26,221 bases of DNA from Treponemataceae bacterium (GCA_963677895.2 CAXXGJ010000015.1:1-26221); one strand, 5' to 3'; positions 7,230 to 16,019 are shown, counted from the stretch's first letter. Made by a program: numbers and translations. The notes: generated by a model from the sequence alone, not told the origin.

Positions 7230-7252
7230 GTCAGGAGTTCGCAGCTCCTGAC
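7230..7252 (-). other. Stem-loop in the 5' leader of the MarR-like gene
   Basis: gtcaggagt-tcgca-gctcctgac: 8 perfect base pairs, extendable outward (tcc/gga). Confidence 0.5.
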
Positions 7253-7413
7253 CGGAAACCAGTTTTTTATTACTACTATTATTTTGGCAAAGATTATTTC
7301 AAATCATTTTAAAGCTATGCCTAGATAAGCTCATATTCGGTCAGTGACAACCCGCAAGCTGGCATTGTGTTTCACCAAAACCGTGCCAAAGGGCGGGGGT
7401 AATCCCTGTCCTT

Positions 7414-7563
7414 CTAATTACTTGCATGATGCTCTAAGTATTCTTTAATCGCATCCGCGATCACGCCAGATTGTGAGCCTCTAAGTGTTCCTTTTGTCTT
7501 CACGATATACTCTTTCAGCCTCTGGTTAATCTCGGGGGTAATATCAGCACTGACTTTAGGCAT
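7414..7563 (-). CDS. Ribbon-helix-helix (CopG/Arc-like) protein, 49 aa; not in the ORF track
   Basis: Translates to MPKVSADITPEINQRLKEYIVKTKGTLRGSQSGVIADAIKEYLEHHASN. Canonical AAAGGTTATATAG box ~23-35 nt upstream on the minus strand. Confidence 0.85.
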   Translation of the reverse strand: MPKVSADITPEINQRLKEYIVKTKGTLRGSQSGVIADAIKEYLEHHASN

Positions 7564-7585
7564 GTTAGAACATAAGATCTTAGCT

Positions 7586-7628
7586 CTATATAACCTTTAC
7601 TTCTTTAATAGACTAAACTCTTAAATAC
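7586..7628. promoter_or_regulatory. Back-to-back archaeal promoters for the RHH (minus) and SWIM (plus) genes
   Basis: Minus strand AAAGGTTATATAG (7586-7598). Plus strand AAACTCTTAAATAC (7615-7628), followed by a GGTGA RBS before ATG 7661. Confidence 0.7.
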
Positions 7629-7660
7629 TAAAAAGACTATGTTCCTATCGGTGAAACGCA

Positions 7661-8020
7661 ATGTCTGGAAAAGTATTAGTTCAAGTTGAAACCCCAAAAA
7701 CGCAATCCATCGATGCTGTGAAAACGCTATTGGCCTACGTTGGCCGCGCAAGTGATCCGCTACCCTCGGACGTGAGCCTTGATAATGGCCGTGTGGTGTT
7801 GATCCTGTCCAATAAAAAGGACTGTTTTTATGTGGCCACACCGCGAGCATGTTCTTGCCCGGCGCATACCTGGCATCCGGGCCAATCATGCAAGCATCAG
7901 AGAAAGTTCTTTCCACAATCGGAGGCGGCTAAAACCGTCTCTGCTAACGAACCTCTGATTAAGCGAGGCGGATTTAGGCCGGTGGACACCATGCCAGGAG
8001 AGGAGAAGGTGGCGGCATAG
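7661..8020 (+). CDS. SWIM zinc-finger protein
   Basis: Y.AT...CSCPA.......CKH matches the SWIM CxC-xn-CxH motif. Confidence 0.85.
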   Translation: MSGKVLVQVETPKTQSIDAVKTLLAYVGRASDPLPSDVSLDNGRVVLILSNKKDCFYVATPRACSCPAHTWHPGQSCKHQRKFFPQSEAAKTVSANEPLIKRGGFRPVDTMPGEEKVAA

Positions 8021-8077
8021 ATGGCCATCACTTCTTTTTGGCGGTGTCGGAGCTGCCCGTGGGTGTGGCTGGATTGA
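8021..8077 (+). CDS. Possible 18-aa CxxC micro-ORF (MAITSFWRCRSCPWVWLD)
   Basis: The ATG directly follows the SWIM stop, with an AAGGTGG RBS-like sequence upstream. Confidence 0.3.
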   Translation: MAITSFWRCRSCPWVWLD

Positions 8078-8512
8078 GCGGTACTAAAAAGGAATAATCG
8101 CAGCGATTTTTCAACCGCCGCGCACGGCCTGAGTTCTCTAGCGAGTTATTCTTCAGTTTGCCGCGCACACACTCTTTCAACAATGTATTTAAATTGTACG
8201 CATAATTTGACTGTTAATTCCATTCTGTAGCGTGTTATGAAGTCGATTAGACGATAGATAGCGATTTTGGAAATATTCTTCATCATGATGGTGTAAAAAG
8301 AATGCTAGTAGATATTACATATATGATACATAGATAGTATGTATGTATGTAGGTAGGTATGTAATGTGAGTAAAATATTTGCACTAAAATCGCATTATGC
8401 AAAATTGACGGTCGACCGTTTAATTCAAACAGTCGGTTAACATTTAACTTGACACTTTATGTCAAATTTAACACGTAATTATTCTGACTACGGTTCCGTA
8501 TTCATTGAAAAA

Positions 8513-8573
8513 TGTGCCACTTTGGCGCATGTGCACCACTTTGGTGCACTTATTTGGGGGTTAAGCTTAAATC
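8513..8573 (+). promoter_or_regulatory. Tandem palindromic operators and TATA box of the rep operon
   Basis: tgtgccactttggcgca (8513-8529) and the perfect IR gtgcacca-ctt-tggtgcac (8531-8549). AAGCTTAAAT at ~8563-8572. AGGTGA RBS before ATG 8606. Confidence 0.65.
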
Positions 8574-8605
8574 GTCTCATGACATTCCCTTCCCTAGGTG
8601 ATTCT

Positions 8606-8752
8606 ATGAGAATGGAAGAAATTAATGCAAAAATTCCGATAGAGTCGAGGTTAGCGATTGAAAAATTCGCTATACAGCGAGAAATTTCGCTCGGAGCAGC
8701 CACCAGACACTTTCTGAAAGTTGGAATTCAGGCGGCGGGCGTGGTTGGTTGA
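8606..8752 (+). CDS. Ribbon-helix-helix (CopG-like) copy-number regulator candidate, 48 aa (start revised to 8606)
   Basis: MRMEEINAKIPIESRLAIEKFAIQREISLGAATRHFLKVGI fits the RHH pattern. It is the first gene upstream of rep. Confidence 0.75.
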   Translation: MRMEEINAKIPIESRLAIEKFAIQREISLGAATRHFLKVGIQAAGVVG

Positions 8753-8889
8753 TACCGAAAATAGAAAATGTGCCCGGAAAGGGTGTTAGCGCACCCTCGC
8801 CGCGCGTTGCTGTCGCCTCTGTCTACCTCCGAGAGGTCTACCTATGAGTAAGGCTCTTCTCAAATTTAACACTTCCCACAGAGGATACT

Positions 8890-9159
8890 ATGCCACATGC
8901 TAGCGATAGCAAGACCTCTGTCATTCCCGACGGTCTCAGAACCGAGGGTAATGAGGGCGAAAAGCATCAACGTGTGCATATCCCACGCGATAAAGCCAAA
9001 TCTCTGACATGGTTGCCCTGGAAGTCCAATAACCAAGAACACGGCTTGATACGCCACAAGTTCAGCGCTAACGGCACCATCACTGAAATGGGAGATAGAG
9101 CGCCGGTTATTCGCAGGAAACCCAAAAGTGTCTCTTCAAGGCAGTGGGAGGCGGTCTAA
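8890..9159 (+). CDS. Basic hypothetical protein in the rep operon
   Basis: 89-aa ORF with a GAGGA RBS. Its 3' end contains the GGAGG for the next ORF. Confidence 0.55.
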   Translation: MPHASDSKTSVIPDGLRTEGNEGEKHQRVHIPRDKAKSLTWLPWKSNNQEHGLIRHKFSANGTITEMGDRAPVIRRKPKSVSSRQWEAV

Positions 9160-9160
9160 A

Positions 9161-9289
9161 ATGATCGCCACCACAAAACAATCTAAACTAATATTTAAAA
9201 AGATCTCCAAAAAGCGATCACAGGAGCCTTGCAAGCTATTCACGTTCTTGAAAATTATTTGGAAGACATTGAGGAGCGAGAATAGATGA
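9161..9289 (+). CDS. 42-aa basic ORF translationally coupled to rep; not in the ORF track
   Basis: MIATTKQSKLIFKKISKKRSQEPCKLFTFLKIIWKTLRSENR. GGAGG upstream. The TGA overlaps the rep ATG (ATGA). Confidence 0.55.
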   Translation: MIATTKQSKLIFKKISKKRSQEPCKLFTFLKIIWKTLRSENR

Positions 9290-12123
9290 CCAATGTTCCC
9301 GAATGCTTCAACACTCCAAATGCTGGATTCGTGCTCCTCCCGACAGGGATTAAATTCCCACCCATCGAGAAGGAATGGCAGAAGAAGCCCCATACTTTCG
9401 CAGAGGCGCAGGCTCACCGGGGAAACGTGGGTGTATTGGCCGGCAAAGCGGACATCGGCCTTGATAAAGACAACCCCGCAGCTTTTGAAGGTCTGGAGCT
9501 GCCCACCACGACCAGGTGGGAAACCCGCCCAGGCCGGTATGGGATGAGATTCAAGCTCTCCGACAACGTGACAGAGGCCCTGGCTACCATCGGCAAGAAG
9601 GCTGATTTGGCACAGATATATCTCTACCGCGATGGGAAGCAATGTGGAGAGATAAAACTTCAGAGATCTTATCAGATCATCCCACCGTCATTTAAACCAC
9701 TTGAAGATGGCACGCGCGCAGATTATAAGATGCTTGACTCCAGCCCACCGGCTACTATCACCCTGGCGCATCTCCTGGCCGATCTTCAGGCAATCGGAAT
9801 AACCTTCTCTTCCAAGCTGGAAGCCAACGCCGCCAAACTGGAAGACATCGGCAAGAAGGCCCACCACATACGAATAGAGAGCGATGAAACCCGAACCCGG
9901 CGCTATGCAGAGGCGGCACTCCGCGATGAAGTATTGACCCTGGCAGGCACCCCCGAAGGCAACAGGAATAGGCAACTTAATGATTCGGCTTTCAATCTTG
10001 GTCAATTCGTAGCTGTTGGACTGCTAAGTGAGGATGAGGTAATCTCCGAGCTGACGAGAGCGGCAGAAAATACCGAGCTGCCCACTGAGGAGATCCGAAA
10101 AACTATCATTTCCGGGCTGGAAGCTGGAAAGCAGCACCCCAGGGAGATACCAACCGCAGAGGAAACCCCGACACCTGAAAACCTAAACAATCTCTTTGCC
10201 AACGATCCCAAGGGGGCCATCAAAAGCCCTGCATTTCTCCGAGCACTGGCAATGCTCAAAGAATCTGACCCCTTTGAGTACGAACTGCTGAAAGAAAAGA
10301 TAGCATCTAATAAAACGCTGAAAGGCGTTTCCAAGAAAACAATAGATGTGATGGTCGAAAGACACGCACCGAAAGCAGAAGAAGCGGATGAGGCCGGGCC
10401 TGAGATACCCGAGGATATACTCACTGAAGCGAACCAAGTACTCGACGAGGGCAGAGGGTTTGAGTATGCTTATGAGGTCTGGCAGAAGCGACACCACGGC
10501 GACGGGAATCTAGGAAAGGGGTTATTCCTATCCATTGGCGGCCAGTCCTGCCTATCATCAAAAGGGGTACATATCCATGCTTGCGGTCCGAGAGGATCCG
10601 GAAAGAGCGATGGTGCCGAGAAGGGGGCCGAGGAGATCCCTGCAGAATATCTCTTGGTAGGCAGTGCAAGTCCAAAAGCATTGTACTACCTGGGCGCAAG
10701 GTTGCCACCCGGTGCCGTGGTCTATCTGGATGATATCGGCTGGAATGACCAGGCCGCCCAGATGTTCAAGACATGCACCACATTTTACAAGGAAGGTGCA
10801 ACCCATACAGTAGTGGTTGATCAGGAGATCAGGCAGTTCAAGACTGCACCCAGGATTATCTTTTGGCTGACCACGGCAGACGACCAGACAGATGAACAGA
10901 TCAGGGACCGGCTGCTAAGGATCGATACTACAGAAGACCCTAAGCACACGAAGGCCGTGATAGATTTTATCTTCCAGCAAAGGAAGAGCGGCGCGGCTTC
11001 CTTCGACCCCAGGGAGCTGGAGGTTTGCCGGGCGATTATTCATCTTCTGAAGCAGGTATTCATTGACGTTGTTATTCCCTTCTCCGACAAGATCAGGTTT
11101 GAAGGAGATCCGAGAGGAGCAACCATATTCGCGGATCTAGTATCCTCATTTGCCGTCTGGAGACATCGCATAAGGGCGCATGACAGCAACGGTGCCATAA
11201 TCGCCTGTTACGAGGACTACAAGGACGCAGAGACCTTCTTCAATGCCATAAAAGGCCATGGTGACACCAAATACACCCCAAGAGAGCTTAAGGTTCTGCA
11301 AGCCATCAAAGACCTACATGGAGTGGCTACTCGTGAGATGGTAAGCAAAAAGACTGGACTATCCAAAGGCGATTTGTCAGATATCTTGAATGGGCGTAGT
11401 CGTGATGGTCAAGCCAAATATGGATTATTCCACAAGTGCGCTGCCTTAACTGAGGATGAGGAAGGGACATCAATCCAGATCGAAGACGTAAAGAAAACCC
11501 GAACCAGTGTTAAGAAAAAGATACTACGATTGCCGCCAGACTACGACACCTTATCAGCTTATGGCAAGGCCGTATATCTTGCAGACGAAACCACAATCAA
11601 GCGGACTTGTTCGGCAAGTTCGGAGCAGTTCGGCACGAGTTCGGAAATCAAAAACAAGTTCGGCAAAGATCTAGTTCGGTTGTTCGTAGAATATAATATA
11701 ATAAGAGAGAAGAGAACTAACGTACACAAACTCTCTCCTTGTGTGGATGGAATAAAATTAAAAAAAATATCTTTTTCACGCCAGGAGCAAAAAATCAACG
11801 AACTGCCGAACTTTGTGCCGCTAGATAATGGTTTGCCTTTACGAACCGATGTCGAACAATGTCGAACCACGCCGAACCAGTCATTAGATAGCGATTTACC
11901 AACAATGTCAAAGAGAGATATGCCTATTCCAACCGGGCCATCCGGTGAGATCAGAATAGCGGCAATGTCCGAGTATGGCATAGCTGGATGGGTCAATCCT
12001 TCGAAGGTTGCCGCCAAACTCCATATCGAGCTGGAAGAGGTCGTAACCTGGCTGGAAGCAAATTATCAGCCCTACACCCTGGCGGATGGCTCAACCGGAT
12101 ATAAGCAGAAAGCGACAGCATGA
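9286..12123 (+). CDS. rep: Replication protein: N-terminal Prim-Pol (AEP-like) + PriCT-like helical domain + AAA+/MCM-like P-loop helicase + wHTH
   Basis: N-terminal K.P..K.WQ, GNVGV, GLDKD and Y.I.PPS motifs. EGNRNRQLNDSAF...EIRKTIISG is PriCT-like. Walker A GPRGSGKS (10585-10608), Walker B VVYLDD (10717-10734), Arg-finger-like QIRDR, and HTH ATREMVSKKTGLSKGDLSDIL. Confidence 0.85.
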   Translation: MTNVPECFNTPNAGFVLLPTGIKFPPIEKEWQKKPHTFAEAQAHRGNVGVLAGKADIGLDKDNPAAFEGLELPTTTRWETRPGRYGMRFKLSDNVTEALATIGKKADLAQIYLYRDGKQCGEIKLQRSYQIIPPSFKPLEDGTRADYKMLDSSPPATITLAHLLADLQAIGITFSSKLEANAAKLEDIGKKAHHIRIESDETRTRRYAEAALRDEVLTLAGTPEGNRNRQLNDSAFNLGQFVAVGLLSEDEVISELTRAAENTELPTEEIRKTIISGLEAGKQHPREIPTAEETPTPENLNNLFANDPKGAIKSPAFLRALAMLKESDPFEYELLKEKIASNKTLKGVSKKTIDVMVERHAPKAEEADEAGPEIPEDILTEANQVLDEGRGFEYAYEVWQKRHHGDGNLGKGLFLSIGGQSCLSSKGVHIHACGPRGSGKSDGAEKGAEEIPAEYLLVGSASPKALYYLGARLPPGAVVYLDDIGWNDQAAQMFKTCTTFYKEGATHTVVVDQEIRQFKTAPRIIFWLTTADDQTDEQIRDRLLRIDTTEDPKHTKAVIDFIFQQRKSGAASFDPRELEVCRAIIHLLKQVFIDVVIPFSDKIRFEGDPRGATIFADLVSSFAVWRHRIRAHDSNGAIIACYEDYKDAETFFNAIKGHGDTKYTPRELKVLQAIKDLHGVATREMVSKKTGLSKGDLSDILNGRSRDGQAKYGLFHKCAALTEDEEGTSIQIEDVKKTRTSVKKKILRLPPDYDTLSAYGKAVYLADETTIKRTCSASSEQFGTSSEIKNKFGKDLVRLFVEYNIIREKRTNVHKLSPCVDGIKLKKISFSRQEQKINELPNFVPLDNGLPLRTDVEQCRTTPNQSLDSDLPTMSKRDMPIPTGPSGEIRIAAMSEYGIAGWVNPSKVAAKLHIELEEVVTWLEANYQPYTLADGSTGYKQKATA
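11609..11877. repeat. Candidate replication origin inside rep: 7 GTTCG(G) iterons, an AT-rich core, then 6 inverted CGAAC iterons
   Basis: GTTCG at 11609, 11618, 11628, 11639, 11658, 11674 and 11682. CGAAC at 11799, 11807, 11842, 11853, 11863 and 11873. Between them lie aatataatataataagagagaagag and ataaaattaaaaaaaatatcttttt. Confidence 0.75.
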
Positions 12124-12382
12124 TCCTTCTATTCAGGAAGCTTGAAGCGTCCTATCGCGTCCACTCCCCCCAAAAAAAATCCCAAACCCATATCAGCAGC
12201 GGAAATACAATAATCCGAAACGTCCGTGATCCATCCTGATATTAGGAAAAAGAGAAGCAAGAGACGCAAATGGTTACAGAAAAACAGGACGTTTTGGACT
12301 TCCTAAACCTCCAATATGGCATTTCGATAGGTATGCAGAGCAAAGCCGGCGGTTTGCATCATTGCATCAGAGCGTGGAACCC

Positions 12383-12399
12383 AAAGGCTTTTCGTTAGA
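12383..12399 (+). promoter_or_regulatory. Conserved upstream element AAAGGCTTTTCGTTAGA (copy D)
   Basis: 44 bp before GGAGG (12427-12431), which precedes the two-gene secreted-protein operon. Confidence 0.7.
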
Positions 12400-12460
12400 T
12401 CCTTTAATTCAATTATGAAATATGTAGGAGGTATTATCAACGAATGCACGAATAACGGTC

Positions 12461-12889
12461 TTGGCCGCCCTTTTGATAGTCGGTACATTATTTACACCCG
12501 CAACCGCACTTACCGATGATGAAAAAACAATTGTTGAGGTGGTGGGAACCAAAACACTTATGGACATCGATTCAATCACATTTGCTCTTGTAGAAATCGA
12601 CTATGGGAATACTATGAACATGTGGTTTGTCCCCAAAAGCTCAGACGAAGACACCCTTATAAATTCGATAGGTAGCACTGTAGGTGTTTACGTTGGTGCT
12701 TGCAAGTCGTATCCAGATATATCAGACCTAAATCTTATGGTAGGAACGAAATCCACCGTGGCCGGTAAGATGTATTGCAAAAGAGCGTGGGCTGATGAAG
12801 TCAGTCAAAACACAGATGGTTCCTATAATACAAATGAGATGGGACTAGTAGCACTAAGAGTTCTCGGAACCTTCAAAAAGACATCTTAA
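12461..12889 (+). CDS. Secreted hypothetical protein (start codon uncertain)
   Basis: Signal-peptide-like (RITV)LAALLIVGTLFTPATA, followed by a ~125-aa globular domain. Confidence 0.8.
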   Translation: MAALLIVGTLFTPATALTDDEKTIVEVVGTKTLMDIDSITFALVEIDYGNTMNMWFVPKSSDEDTLINSIGSTVGVYVGACKSYPDISDLNLMVGTKSTVAGKMYCKRAWADEVSQNTDGSYNTNEMGLVALRVLGTFKKTS

Positions 12890-12894
12890 CTACG

Positions 12895-13506
12895 GTGAGA
12901 TTAATGAAACAATGGATTATGATATTAATGCTATTTGCCGTTAGCATCTCGATCGCAGCATGCGAGGAGCTGAAGGCAGGAAATGCAAATTTCGACCTAG
13001 GTGATGGTTATAAGGCATCATTTGTACTTCCGGACATCGGGAAGCCCTATGTAGTGGAGGATGCATATACTGCGCACACAAATACCGGACTGTTTACACC
13101 CTATGGCTTTACAATATCCTCTGACGGTATCGAATTGGCATCCCTGAAAATGTATGTGTATTCCAGCCCACAATTATATCCCGCACCAAAGGCCAGTACA
13201 GAGGCTTCTACAATACCTGAAGTTTTGGGTCCAAGGATTATAACACCTGAAACCATAAGCGGTGCTCTTGGATATGTTGGCTATGATCTGCAAATAGGTG
13301 CAACAGGGACGGATACAAACAATGCCATGACTGGTTTCTTCCGATGCTTCCCAGGAGCGCAGAGTGAGTTGGTTATTTCTAAGGAGAGCCTGAAAGGTAC
13401 AGTTGAGGTTTCTGGCGAGACAAGCGGGCTCCCTGCATCTGTACTGTCGTTGCAAGTTTTCAATTCTATGGTAGACAGCATTAAGGTATCGGGACCAGGT
13501 ATTTAG
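12895..13506 (+). CDS. Secreted (possibly lipo-) hypothetical protein
   Basis: MKQWIMILMLFAVSISIAAC signal. GGTGA upstream of ATG 12904. Begins 5 nt after the previous stop and spans the copy 1/2 junction. Confidence 0.85.
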   Translation: MRLMKQWIMILMLFAVSISIAACEELKAGNANFDLGDGYKASFVLPDIGKPYVVEDAYTAHTNTGLFTPYGFTISSDGIELASLKMYVYSSPQLYPAPKASTEASTIPEVLGPRIITPETISGALGYVGYDLQIGATGTDTNNAMTGFFRCFPGAQSELVISKESLKGTVEVSGETSGLPASVLSLQVFNSMVDSIKVSGPGI

Positions 13507-13914
13507 GAAGTTAGATTCATTTTCTTTTTTTTGATATAAGCATCGATATAATTCGATTTTCGGACACAATCCGGGAATGATTAATGGCAAAACCAGAACC
13601 AAGAATGCTGCTCGTTTTTTTGGACGTTTGCCATCCATTTTGAAAGGATTGTGGAAGAATTTGGAGGAATAGTGTGTCATAATATCACATTAGGATAGCT
13701 TCAAAGACCTCGAAAGCTCGACTTATTAGGATTTAGTGCAATCACATGCATTAGCCGATATGGACCCGAAAATAGTCGAACATTTTTCGAGCAATTATAG
13801 AATGTTCAGGGGGGGCAGGCGAGCTAACCTGTTTTTGAGTTGGTATATCACGAACTGATACAAAGGTTTTTCGTTAGAACCTCCAATCTTAAAAGAAGAT
13901 AACGGAGGGATTTA

Positions 13915-14223
13915 ATGAAGAAAATAATACTTGCAGTACTCTTACTGCTATCATTGGCCATATCATTAGATATTGTGCCAGCAATAGATGTAGGCGCGGA
14001 ACATTCAGGCGCGATGTTAGGGCTTACAGATCAAAGCACCTCGACAGCTTACACCACACTTGGCACCTGTGATTATATCGGGAACAGCAACACGCATAAG
14101 TTCCATGTGCCGAGCTGTTCTTGGGTGCCGAAAATAAATCCCGAGCATGAGGTTTGTTTCTCAAGTGCTAGCAGTGCAATAGCTGCTGGATATGCTGCCT
14201 GCAAGAAATGCAATCCTGCCTAA
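13915..14223 (+). CDS. Secreted Ada metal-binding domain protein (copy 2)
   Basis: Identical to 963-1271. Confidence 0.85.
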   Translation: MKKIILAVLLLLSLAISLDIVPAIDVGAEHSGAMLGLTDQSTSTAYTTLGTCDYIGNSNTHKFHVPSCSWVPKINPEHEVCFSSASSAIAAGYAACKKCNPA

Positions 14224-14514
14224 TGGTCAATCACCCAAACCTTTTTCGTTAGATCTTCTATAATGAATTCTACAGGAGGAATTATCAAACGAATATGACC
14301 CATACAAAGACACGTCAGTATTTATAACTTCGACGTTCCCCTGGGATGAAGGCACCCTTTCTCTGCTCAAGACGATTCACATTGAGAAGATCAATTCCAC
14401 TTCTTAGCTTCGCTTGTGGGATTTCCTTTTTTCACCAAAGAGTGCAATGAGTTCTTTTAAGGTCCAAAAGGTTTTTCGTTGGATACATCTATGTCAAATG
14501 CATGGAGGAATTGC

Positions 14515-15018
14515 ATGAGAATAATGATTGGCGTCGTAATATTGGTAGCTTCATTGATATCATTAATGGCAACTGCATCTGCAGTTGAAATTGTTAGAGT
14601 AGATAATTTCAATTTATCAGTAGATTTCGGCGAATCACATGCTGAAATATCGCCCACATCGCCTTATATGGTAAACGAGTTAAACATTGCATCGGTTAAA
14701 TTCTCCGCAGACAACGCAACAGGAATTATTGCCATAGGCAAAACGCCTGGTTCAGAGCCTCATTCCATTTTAGTAAGCAACTGCAAAAGAGTTCTAGAGC
14801 TAATAATGAAGCAAACCAATGTCAATGTGGACGTAACGCCATACGAAGATGGGTTCATTGGGACAGGTGAAGACCTAGCTACCGGGTCACCGACGTATGG
14901 AATCTTAAAGCCAGATGATGCAGAGTTTGGAAGAGCATCTCGCGTATTAATTGCGATAGCAACTTCAAAGGACGAAAGAAAGATTAAAAGCATAATAGCG
15001 AGCGTAAAATCAGCATAA
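14515..15018 (+). CDS. Secreted hypothetical protein (copy 2)
   Basis: Identical to 1563-2066. Confidence 0.85.
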   Translation: MRIMIGVVILVASLISLMATASAVEIVRVDNFNLSVDFGESHAEISPTSPYMVNELNIASVKFSADNATGIIAIGKTPGSEPHSILVSNCKRVLELIMKQTNVNVDVTPYEDGFIGTGEDLATGSPTYGILKPDDAEFGRASRVLIAIATSKDERKIKSIIASVKSA

Positions 15019-15608
15019 TTCAGTGAATTTCGTCTTTGCGGGTTTTATAATATTCCTTTTTTGTACAACTAACGCGATTTATTTCTAAAGTATCTAATCA
15101 TAACCTAATTCCACAAAACCGATATGCGTAAAATCCCATAGCGCACAATGGTGATTATCGAGCTAGAAACATATTCATAACTCGGTGTGAATTAAATTCA
15201 AGGCCAGAGCATATCGGTTTTGCACCAAGATTATAACTTTCGGTTTTGGCTACTGGTAGCGATTGCAAAAGACCTTTCTTTTTTCGATCATTTCATAGTT
15301 TATGTGCATGGAGAGCCGGTTTTGACCATGTTTCCCCGCGAATGGATTACATCAAATCAGTATAAGCTTTATTGATGCTGTTTTGTGGAATGTGTCACTG
15401 AAATTAGTACAAGGCAACAGTATTAACTTTATTAAGAAAGTTCTTAGAATAATACTTATACAGGCAATTTTCCTATCACGATTTAATCAATCATGTTGTG
15501 GATATATTTATCTTGGTTTAGGTTTCCCATAAGGTAGCAAGAGGTAGTCCTATTAATATGAAGCTAAAATGCTAATAGCATCAAACCGAAAAAGGGGAGA
15601 ATAAATAT

Positions 15609-16019
15609 ATGAATGATTTTATGATAGGGGATAATCTTAGAGATATAATTATCGGTGTAATCGGATCTCTTATCGGAGCAGCTTTTGTATTCTTTGCATC
15701 ACGCGGCTGGAAATTTACGAGCGACTTACGCGAAAAAGCTAAACTAGAGCTCATGCAAGAAAAATCCGAGTGGAACAATGGAGGGCAAATTGGTCAGCAA
15801 AGAATTACTAATAAATACTTATTTGAAATATTAAAATTTATCCTATTTGGTAGTTTATTTTCAAGTATTCCATTAATAATATCAGCTTTCTCTATAATGG
15901 ATGGAATGATAACATCTACCAGTCCCGTTATTTTTTACGTATTATCTGGCTTTGCCTCACTAGCTTCCTTTTATTGGGGGTTAGGGAAAGTAATCAGATA
16001 CAGAAATTTATCCTCCTAA
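15609..16019 (+). CDS. Hypothetical membrane protein (copy 2)
   Basis: Identical to 2657-3067. Confidence 0.8.
   Translation: MNDFMIGDNLRDIIIGVIGSLIGAAFVFFASRGWKFTSDLREKAKLELMQEKSEWNNGGQIGQQRITNKYLFEILKFILFGSLFSSIPLIISAFSIMDGMITSTSPVIFYVLSGFASLASFYWGLGKVIRYRNLSS

Larger units (their letters stand above)
1..12952. mobile_element. Unit-length copy 1 of a 12,952-bp circular element, probably a cryptic archaeal plasmid
   Basis: The sequence at 1 (tcgcagcatgcgaggag) recurs at 12953 and 25849. ORFs repeat at +12952. The unit carries a primase-helicase Rep and RHH regulators, and no housekeeping genes. Confidence 0.85.

Noticed and set aside
8459..8605. N-terminal extensions given by the ORF track for 8459, 3321 and 1527
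   Set aside because: RBS/TATA positions and domain starts support ATG 8606, 3393 and 1563. The extensions run through promoter/operator DNA.
11609..11690. CRISPR array
   Set aside because: The repeats are only 5-6 bp with 3-14 bp gaps, and there are no cas genes.
9136..12017. Several antisense or alternate-frame ORFs within rep (e.g. 9136-9642, 10002-10424, 11559-12017)
   Set aside because: Shadow ORFs of a long GC-richer gene, with no RBS or domain motifs.
12120..12398. Short ORFs after rep (39 aa from ATG 12120; 42 aa from ATG 12270)
   Set aside because: No motifs, and homopolymer lengths differ between the copies here. There is too little support to call them genes.
1..12952. Virus or provirus interpretation, given the many membrane/secreted proteins
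   Set aside because: No recognisable capsid, terminase, packaging ATPase or integrase. It cannot be fully excluded without structure searches.
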